Source: Thainema sp.
GTDB lineage: Bacteria; Cyanobacteriota; Cyanobacteriia; Phormidesmidales; Phormidesmidaceae
Assembly: GCA_052168235.1 (NCBI GenBank)
Contig: JBQLZK010000067.1
Location: 1 to 37,821 of the forward strand
Direction of reading: 5' to 3'
DNA: 37,821 bases
Of the stretch, positions 1 through 7,700 are shown in pieces. Numbering within the stretch: the first letter of the stretch is position 1; the number at the start of each line of letters is the position of its first letter. Below the pieces are notes generated by a model, which saw nothing but the letters and a program-made list of their open reading frames with translations, had not been told where the DNA came from and did no database searches. Position numbers and translations under genes: made by a program.

Positions 1-51
1 TATTCGCCTATCAAGGTGTGTCCAACATTGAGGACTTTAACCACCTCGAAG
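1..51. repeat. Terminal direct repeat, left copy (circular-assembly overlap)
   Basis: Bases 1-51 (TATTCGCCTA...CACCTCGAAG) are identical to 37771-37821, and the FtsK-like reading frame continues across the join. Confidence 0.97.
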
Positions 52-695
52 GCGTGACTAAAGCAGACTACAAGGTGTGGATTTTGGACGAGTCCCACAT
101 CGGCTTTCCCGATATGCGGAAAGAGAGCATGGTCATTGATGGCAAACCCACACAGGTGAAACGTCTATCGGATGTGATGTCGGTTGCGGCGACCTTTGGC
201 TGGCTGATCCTGTTCTGCACCCAAGCCCCCGATCGCAAGACGATTCACCGTCAGGTAGACGCCAAAATCGGCCATCGAATCGGCCTGTTGCTCCAGCGGG
301 ATAAGGATTCGGAGCTGGTCATCCAGCAGGCAGGCTGTGAGCGGTTGCTTGGCAAAGGCGATATGTTGGCCCGTCGCGGTGGAGAGGAGCCGGTGCGACT
401 GCAAGCCTACGACACATCCATCAGCGACCTGAAAGAGTGGTGCTTTCCTAAGATTGCCAAACTCACCCGCGACCAGAAACGCGATCGCACCTGTGAGTTA
501 CGCAACAAGGGCAGAACGCCTGCCTACATCATCAGCCACGTGTGGAACGTAACTGAAGGTGACGAGGGATGGTCAGCAGCACAACAGGAGTTTCTAGAGA
601 TAACTAAAGAGCTTCTAGAGCTGACCATTCAAGAACACCCTGAAAATCATCCCCCTAATAACGATTTTGGCGACAGCGGTGATTTTGCCGATTGA
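1..695 (+). CDS. FtsK/SpoIIIE-family ATPase, C-terminal part (gene starts at 36579 and wraps; about 628 aa in total)
   Basis: Walker B VWILDE, GWLILFCTQAP (cf. FtsK GIHLILATQRP), RIG, and GCERLLGKGDML (cf. GAEKLLGxGDML). Short helical C-terminal tail. In frame with 36579-37770. Confidence 0.9.
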   Translation, partial: FAYQGVSNIEDFNHLEGVTKADYKVWILDESHIGFPDMRKESMVIDGKPTQVKRLSDVMSVAATFGWLILFCTQAPDRKTIHRQVDAKIGHRIGLLLQRDKDSELVIQQAGCERLLGKGDMLARRGGEEPVRLQAYDTSISDLKEWCFPKIAKLTRDQKRDRTCELRNKGRTPAYIISHVWNVTEGDEGWSAAQQEFLEITKELLELTIQEHPENHPPNNDFGDSGDFAD

Positions 696-876
696 GTTGC
701 AATTGCAACCCTGAGTTGCAAGAAACCGCCAGAAATCAGCTCATAAGACTGTTTCAAGCTTTATCGGAGTTGCTCCGGTTTGCAACACCTCCTCTGCAAT
801 TGCTGCAACTGCATGCAAGGGGTGCAAATTCCGACCCAAAAGTCACTGGGTTGCAAGAAAAGTCGAAACGTTGCAA
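696..876. repeat. Cluster of 10 TGCAA motifs (6 as TTGCAA palindromes); candidate cis-acting protein-binding locus
   Basis: TGCAA at 698, 704, 717, 781, 795, 804, 814, 823, 852 and 872; GTTGCAAGAAA at 715 and 850. Begins right after the ATPase stop codon. Confidence 0.8.
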
Positions 877-899
877 AAGCCTTACGGAGATTAAATCTC

Positions 900-1322
900 A
901 TGCCTAAACGCAAACGCCCAGCCACAACGCGAGTCCCTGCTTTAGTCGGTATGACTCAAGGGTTTCGCCAAACCGAAGTTGTGGACATGCTTGGTGCGTC
1001 TGATTACCAAATCAGCCGTGATTGTTCCTTGTTGTGGCCGAGCCGCCAACCTCATTCTGTGCTGACCAGAAATCAAGTTCGGACGGTGTACTGCGTCACG
1101 ATGTATCGCCACCTGGAATACAGCAAAGGCCGCCAGCAAATTCCTTCTACTGAAATCCTCGACTTCATCAACAACAGTACGGATGAGCAGATCTGGGCAG
1201 TCGTTGCGCTGGCTGGTGGCTCCACTGAGGATTGCAATGCTGGCATTGAGGAAATGCTGATGAAGCGCAACCAGCGCCGTATCCAGCAAGAAACCATCAA
1301 TGTATCTAGCACCGTCGCATAG
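900..1322 (+). CDS. Hypothetical protein (140 aa), possible HTH DNA-binding protein
   Basis: ATG 900 with GGAG RBS, preferred over the track's start at 780. FRQTEVVDMLGASDYQISRD resembles an HTH. Confidence 0.65.
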   Translation: MPKRKRPATTRVPALVGMTQGFRQTEVVDMLGASDYQISRDCSLLWPSRQPHSVLTRNQVRTVYCVTMYRHLEYSKGRQQIPSTEILDFINNSTDEQIWAVVALAGGSTEDCNAGIEEMLMKRNQRRIQQETINVSSTVA

Positions 1323-1335
1323 GAAATTTTGACCC

Positions 1336-1731
1336 ATGACCACGAACAATAACAAACCCGCTAAGACCGCAGACCAACAGGCCAGCCTAGCTCGTTCCGT
1401 CGATACCTCCAGCGCTGGCAAGATGGCGCGATCTCAGACTGCATCCAAGCCATATCGCCCTCCAGCCGTCCAGACTGAGAATCCAAATGTGAACGTAGAC
1501 GTTGAACAGTTTGAACCGGCTCAACTGGTACAAGGTGGAACTGAATTGGTTGATGCAGCCTTTGACGCTGCTGAACATGGGATGGAGAAGCGGTTCAAGG
1601 AACGCGGCCAGCAGCTCGTCAAACGCACTAACTACATGATGGCAACGCTGTTTAACGGCATGGCGGTTAAGGCTGGCAGTATCCGCAGTGCCTACATCAC
1701 TGCTCCAGATGAGGGTGAAGCCGATGAATAA
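1336..1731 (+). CDS. Hypothetical protein (131 aa) in the transfer-like operon
   Basis: ATG with AGGA RBS, 13 nt after the previous stop; its stop overlaps the next start. Confidence 0.7.
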   Translation: MTTNNNKPAKTADQQASLARSVDTSSAGKMARSQTASKPYRPPAVQTENPNVNVDVEQFEPAQLVQGGTELVDAAFDAAEHGMEKRFKERGQQLVKRTNYMMATLFNGMAVKAGSIRSAYITAPDEGEADE

Positions 1732-2095
1732 CGACATTGAGCAAATCCCTGACGAGTTTGATCCGACTCTTGCGATCGCAATTGGTCAGCACCTCGCCGA
1801 TCTTCAGTTTGATGTCGCGGAATCTAGCTATTCACAACGCCTAGACCAAAACTACAAAGGCTTTTGCCTTGCCCAGGCCAGCGATGAAGCGATGAGCCGA
1901 TACCTGGGAGAATATGTGGCCATTGTCCGACTCGACGAGCGGCTGCGGTTCATCGGTCGCACCCTCTTCTATGGGCTGCTGGTTGCGATCATTCCAGTGG
2001 GATGTGCGATCGCAGTTGGGATGAGCTTCTATTCTGCCCTGTTGCTCATTCCCGCGCTAATGGCTGGCATGTGGCTCGCCGCCGTAAATCACTGA
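1724..2095 (+). CDS. Small membrane protein (123 aa, two C-terminal TM helices)
   Basis: ATG 1724 overlaps the upstream stop, with a GAGGG RBS. Hydrophobic C-terminus LFYGLLVAIIPVGCAIAVGMSFYSALLLIPALMAGMWLAA. Confidence 0.72.
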   Translation: MNNDIEQIPDEFDPTLAIAIGQHLADLQFDVAESSYSQRLDQNYKGFCLAQASDEAMSRYLGEYVAIVRLDERLRFIGRTLFYGLLVAIIPVGCAIAVGMSFYSALLLIPALMAGMWLAAVNH

Positions 2096-2105
2096 GGACT
2101 ATCCC

Positions 2106-2168
2106 ATGTGTGAACTGATTATCGGGCTTGCGATCGCAGCCATCATCATCAAATTAACGAGTCAGTAG
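2106..2168 (+). CDS. 20-aa hydrophobic micro-peptide MCELIIGLAIAAIIIKLTSQ
   Basis: GAGGA RBS overlapping the previous stop, ATG 2106, TAG 2166-2168. Single TM-like stretch. Below the ORF-track size cut-off. Confidence 0.5.
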   Translation: MCELIIGLAIAAIIIKLTSQ

Positions 2169-2234
2169 TTAGCAGGCAGGGGAACCCGCAAAAGTAGCCC
2201 CTGCCCTATCTCCAGTAACAGAGACGAGGATATT

Positions 2235-2645
2235 ATGAACCCAATCAATATCAACATCAATCTTCCCCATGACCAGCAGCGACAGTTACCTACCTCTACT
2301 CCAGTTGTTGCAGCGCAACCGCTGGCGCGACCGTCGCAGCCGATTCAGGCTGAACTGGTGGAGCCGCATGACCAGGTCGGAGTGTTTACCGTTCCTCAAT
2401 CGGGCATCAATTGGGATGCGTTGAGAGCTGCGATCGCAGCGACCTGCTTTTTTGTAGCGCTACTTCTGCTCATTCAGTCATTCAAACCGAAGCCGAAAGA
2501 ACCCACCCTGACCCAATCTCAGGTTGACGTACTACTCCAGCGAGAGCGATCACGATGGATGGCAGAGCAGCAAGCGCTAGAATACGAGCGGCTGAATTCT
2601 GAGTATCAAGGCTTCAAGGATGGGGTGATTTACAGTCAACCGTAG
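2235..2645 (+). CDS. Single-TM membrane protein with C-terminal coiled coil (136 aa)
   Basis: GAGGA RBS; TM segment AAIAATCFFVALLLLIQSF; last gene before a terminator. Confidence 0.72.
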   Translation: MNPINININLPHDQQRQLPTSTPVVAAQPLARPSQPIQAELVEPHDQVGVFTVPQSGINWDALRAAIAATCFFVALLLLIQSFKPKPKEPTLTQSQVDVLLQRERSRWMAEQQALEYERLNSEYQGFKDGVIYSQP

Positions 2646-2678
2646 GCGCTATCCTATACACCAAATGAGTTTGATGAT

Positions 2679-2705
2679 GCTCCGGTTAGTTGCCGGGGCT
2701 TTTTT
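2679..2705 (+). terminator. Intrinsic terminator closing the transfer-like operon
   Basis: GCTCCGGT-TAGTT-GCCGGGGC stem-loop followed by TTTTTT. Confidence 0.75.
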
Positions 2706-2907
2706 ATTATTCGTGTCGTTTCAGGTATAGCGATGTTTAGATGACGAAAATACCCTTTCGTCAGGTAAAACTCGGTAAACCTACTTTCACTGATAAAATG
2801 TTTCACGCTTTGCCTGAAGCATTGAGCAAAGCGCATTTGCCTTCCAAACCTATATTGGATGACTTTAGTCGCTTGAGTAACTTGTCTACTTTTTGAAGTA
2901 GGTTACC

Positions 2908-4107
2908 TTATGCTGTAATGCTATGAGAGACAACAGCGGAATTTAAGATCATAGGCCAATCTTGATTCAGCATGAACTCAAGATGCTTGCGGAATTGCTC
3001 AATGCCAAATTGAGCAATCGCTCTGTTTCTTATCTTCATCCTTTGCTGGTTATCGTTCAGGTGCTGTTGGCGATGCAAGATATCAATCAGCGTTTGAGCA
3101 ATCTCTAAACTGCTATCTGGATTAATCAAATAGCCCTGTTTGCCGTGTTCAAGTGGATCGACTGCTCCGTCACAGTTCCCGGCTAACACAGGTTTGCCAC
3201 ATGCTAAGGCTTCTAAATAAACAATGCCAAAACCTTCCCCTTTACTTGGGAGGGCAAATACATCGCAGAGGTTATAGTGATCGCACAATTCTTCATCTGG
3301 GATGAATCCCGCTAGCGTGACAGCATCTTCAAGCCCTAACTGACAAATTAACTGCTGAATGCGAGGCGTATCATCTCCTTTACCCGCTAAAACATAGTGG
3401 ACATCAGGAATGTATTGGCGAATTGCAGGTAAAGCTCGTAGCACTTGGTCATAGCCTTTATAAGAGTCGAGCTTGCCTAAGCGGCTGACGGTTAAGATGA
3501 CGGGCTGTTGAGGATTTAGTCCATACCGTTTGAGCAAGTAGTCAGGTTTAGGCCCGATTTGGAACTGGGTTGGATCCAGCGTATTGGGCAAGACCGCGAC
3601 CTGTTGCGTTCCCAGAGCTTGTTCTTGTAATAAGCGATCGCGAGTAAATTGACTAACGGCAACGACTTGATCGGCCCGCTGTAATGCTTTTTGCAGGTGA
3701 GGACGCTGTAGATCCCAAACTTCAAGGCCGTGTGCAACCACCCAATAAGGAATACCGGCCATCTGCTTCAACCACTGACAGACCGGGCTGTAGTTGACGT
3801 GAGTTGTGATGATCAACCAAGGCTGCTGTTGAATCCCTTGCTTCAGCGTTTGACCCACCATCAGCATGGTTTGCACCCATCGTGGATAGTCACCAAGGCA
3901 GTGAAATCGGGTCTGGGGCAACAAGTGAAACTGATCATGAATGTGGTGTAGCCGATCATATTTCAAAAAAACATCATATTTAGCATCAGGATATAGCTGC
4001 TGAAGGGACTGCAAGAGAAAAATGGAGTAGACCTGAATTCCACCCTTGAAGCCGAAAATATTAGGAAATAGCAAAAAGAAATGAGGCTTCTGATTCAAAT
4101 TAGTCAT
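2908..4107 (-). CDS. Glycosyltransferase family 4 (GT-B fold)
   Basis: KGGIQ N-terminal loop, AHGLE, VSRL...YKG, and EGFGIVYLEALACGKPV (EX7E signature). Confidence 0.92.
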   Translation of the reverse strand: MTNLNQKPHFFLLFPNIFGFKGGIQVYSIFLLQSLQQLYPDAKYDVFLKYDRLHHIHDQFHLLPQTRFHCLGDYPRWVQTMLMVGQTLKQGIQQQPWLIITTHVNYSPVCQWLKQMAGIPYWVVAHGLEVWDLQRPHLQKALQRADQVVAVSQFTRDRLLQEQALGTQQVAVLPNTLDPTQFQIGPKPDYLLKRYGLNPQQPVILTVSRLGKLDSYKGYDQVLRALPAIRQYIPDVHYVLAGKGDDTPRIQQLICQLGLEDAVTLAGFIPDEELCDHYNLCDVFALPSKGEGFGIVYLEALACGKPVLAGNCDGAVDPLEHGKQGYLINPDSSLEIAQTLIDILHRQQHLNDNQQRMKIRNRAIAQFGIEQFRKHLEFMLNQDWPMILNSAVVSHSITA

Positions 4108-4221
4108 ACAGTTTGTTTCAGTTACAACACAATCAAATACAACACGACCAAAGTTGTCAAAGGTTTAGTGACAAGTATGGAAAACCTTTTCTCCCAAGAT
4201 AAGATCGGCTGACACTGGCTA

Positions 4222-4268
4222 TTGGTTCAGAAACTTTGAACCAATAAATGAGCTAAAATTTGGTCTAA
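4222..4268. promoter_or_regulatory. TGAGCYAA-type operator array 1
   Basis: TTGGTTCA(4222)-N7-TGAACCAA(4237), then TGAGCTAA(4249) and TGGTCTAA(4261) at 12-bp period. A -10-like TATACT lies at 4282. Confidence 0.6.
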
Positions 4269-4457
4269 AAACCTATGTAATTATACTTAAATTATTCAAC
4301 TATAGGTATTTAATACAAGTTACAAAAGATGAATTCAAGTAATTGCACTGCATCTACGGTGGCAGCTCAAGAAACCAAGATACAGCAAGACCATACTTAC
4401 TTTTTGCCATATATAGTGTTTCATTACTAAATTGCCTACCACGAGTAAACAATAAAA

Positions 4458-4481
4458 ATTGATTTGGCTATTGATTTGGCT
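4458..4481. repeat. Perfect 12-bp tandem repeat ATTGATTTGGCT x2 upstream of the toxin gene
   Basis: Direct observation at 4458-4469 and 4470-4481. Confidence 0.7.
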
Positions 4482-4702
4482 GCTGCAGTAAGTAAGTTAT
4501 TTAGACGAAGCGAATCTCCGTTTGCTTTAACAATAACCAAATTGATTCATGCAAAAGCGCTATGGCCCTTACCTTATAAGGGTTTTAAGTCGCAAAAGGG
4601 TGGCTTGAGCAATATAGTTATAATTTTGACTTAGAAATCTACGTAGTTTAACGTAGCTAGAAGTTTCTCATCAAAGCTGAATGACTTTTGATCAGGTGCA
4701 AT

Positions 4703-7700
4703 ATGTCTCTTACAGAAGCTAATGGCTCAGGCATTGTTTCATCCCCATCTGGCGATCTAAACTTCATATCTGATAAAAGCTTTACCAATTTAGATCCCTA
4801 TTTACTCAACACCACACAAATTGGAGGACAGCAATCGTCAGGTAGTGGAGAGTCATTACTGCCATTTGATAGCCCAGAGAAGCTGAATCCCGCAGCAGAT
4901 CAGTTATCTATTCTTTTATCCAATCCAGGATATTCAGAGCTAGTAAATAGCGAGTTTACCAGTCAGAATATCGACTTAGTTGATGAAGCGGACACGCCAA
5001 CTGATACTTTAATAGGCCAAGATGAACTGACGGTAGGGTCTGTAGATACGATTGAGCCTTTGCTCTCCAATGTCATCACCTATTCTCCCTATGTTCCTGG
5101 AGTATTTGTAGCTGGAGACAGTGGTCAGGTATCCATTGATTTTTTGTTTGACGGTGGTGGATATTCTAATGGGCAAGTCGCTATCTTCAGCGTAGAAGGA
5201 ATGGATACGCTTGTGCCCGGATCTACCGCTTTTAATCAAGAAGCGGCTTATCGTGCACGCAGTAATTCAGAGCTTGGGCATATTGTAATCAATGATCGTA
5301 AAGAGGGTGCTCGGTTTAGTGGAATTTTAAACAATAACGATCCAGTAGATCGCAACGGTGGGGAATATTTGGGTCCAAAAACTTTCCAGATGGAGCCTGG
5401 CAGCCTTTTTGCTGTGATGCTAGTCCCAAATGGGAAAGTTCAAGATGTTTTGAATAATCCAGCAGTAGAAGGTGCAAAGAAGCCACTTTACTCCATTACA
5501 GATGCTAATCCTGGTGACACGACTCATCTTGGCCAAATGCTAGATGTGGTGGGCGATGGTACTACTTTTACCATGGAAGACCAGCGAACCGACGCTGGCT
5601 CAGATATGGATATGGATGACATCATCTTTAAAGTGAGTGGGGCCATTGGATACGCGCCGTTAATGTCAGACTCCATCAATCCAGATAACGATTGGCGTTA
5701 CAGTCCTCTCGGTCAGGAAATCCTTGCTTACGTGAGCACGAACGATAATCCTGAGAAGCTGATTCCTGATGAACCAGTACGAGATCCCATTCTGCCTGCG
5801 CCACAGATACCGATATCGATAACAGATCAGGGTAGTAATACGCTGACTGAACCAACACCAACTGTGAAGTCTCCGACTCAAGATATCATCGACCAGGTCA
5901 GCAGTAGTGATGCAACAGATACTTATCGGGTCAATGTTGATGAATTGACGGATACCCAGTTTACTGTCCTAACCGGGACAACAAAGGTCAGTATCCTTAA
6001 CTCATCAGGAACTTTACTTAGCTCGCAAACATTAACTAAGGGTAGCCATAGTCTGCTTTTGCCTGCTGGTGTCACCAACGATGCCTTGATCCAGGTTGAT
6101 CAGGTTGGTGATGCAACTGCAACTTATGTGCTGTCAGGTCTTGAGAGTCAGGCTGAGGAGCCTTTTAACATTGACCTGGAATTAGATGAAGGCCTCACAG
6201 CTTCACAGCAAGCAGTGATTAATGCAGCCGCTCAAAGCATTGAGGGTCTTATCCGGCAAGGGCTACCAAGCGCGATCGTAGATGGCAAAATCATTGATGA
6301 TCTCAACGTCAAGTTTAACCTCGGCACTCTGGATGGTGCAGGGGGAACGTTAGCGCAAACCAAGATTGACTTCATGCGCTACGGAATTCTGCTCCCAGCT
6401 CAATCAATTGTGCAGTTTGATCAAGATGACTTTGCGGATTTAGAGCAATCAGGGGAACTGTTCAACGTTGTCCAACACGAGTTGTTGCATGCCCTGGGGT
6501 TTGGCAACCTTTGGGAGGCAAAAGGTCTAGTTGACTACGCTAAAACACCATTCGCCCAGTACAACGGACAATATGCTCTCGCCGCCTTTAAAGAAGCAGG
6601 AGGAGCCACCAACTTTATTTCTCTGGATACAGAAGGCGAGGGCTCGGCTGATCTGCACTGGAATGAAAATCTGTTCCAAGATGAAATCATGACCCGGGAT
6701 TTGAATGCCCAGGGTGGTGATGCGGTAATTAGTCGAGTGACGTTGGCGTCCCTCAGGGATCTGGGCTATGTAGTGGACGCTGAAGGTGTTCCATCTGACT
6801 TGAGCTTGTCCCCAGAGGATATTCCTCAAGACTTCGTCACGGGTTTCACAGAAGAAGAAAAGTTCTCGCTGGCGCAATTAGTTGCTGATGCGGAGACCCA
6901 GGTCAGTAATGGAATTCCTGCGGTTGTGCCCACGGTGGATGCAAATGAGATTGCGCCTACCATTTGGGCTAATGCGGAGCGTTTCGACAAAAATGGCGAA
7001 TACTACGATTGGGAATGGGTCATTATTCAGCCAGGGAACACTATTAGCCAGTACGTCTACGATCGCATGACGGACCATACAGGCAGTGATAATCGCACTC
7101 GTTTACAGAAAGCGAGTGATCCAGCCTACTGGGCCTTCATTAGTGAGCGCAACGGATTTCCTGATCCTAACTGGATTGTAGCCGGTGATCCTGCTTGGCT
7201 TCCGGTTTGGCATCCTAACTATGAGCAGGAGCAAGAAGAAGAACGGAGGCGTCGTGAGGAAGAGCTGAGACAAAGAGAGGAAGAGGAAAGACAGCAACGA
7301 GAGAAACTGGAAGAAGCTTATCGCCAGAGTGGACAGGGCGGTCTAGAGTGGTATGTCGCTAAACCTTTGCCAGACTTCAGTACCTCTGCACCTTACACAA
7401 CAGAGATTCAAGATATTGTCGGCAATCTGGTGCCAGATGACTATTTCCGTTTCACGTTATCTCGTAATGGGCGAGTTACCCTCTATCTAGAGGACTTGCT
7501 AGCAGATGCTGATTTGTATTTGTATGACTCCCGAAATCGCCTGATTGGTAAGTCTGCTCGTGGTGGTCTGACGGACGAAAAGCTCATTCTAGATTTGGCG
7601 GCGGGAACTTACCTAGCTAGAGTCAATAGTCCAGGTGGAGTGACGACGGACTACAAATTGAAAGTGCAGTTTCAGGGACAGCTAACTCGCAGCCAAATGG

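Noticed and set aside
692..907. 71-aa ORF, and the Cys-rich N-terminal extension of ORF 780-1322
   Set aside because: The Cys/Gln/Leu content is a by-product of the TGCAA repeats; both use TTG starts, whereas ATG 900 has an RBS.
4566..4588. Loose CCCTT-N-AAGGGTTT palindromes (similar ones near 15368, 20691 and 31683) as recombination sites
   Set aside because: Too degenerate and variable in spacing to support by eye.
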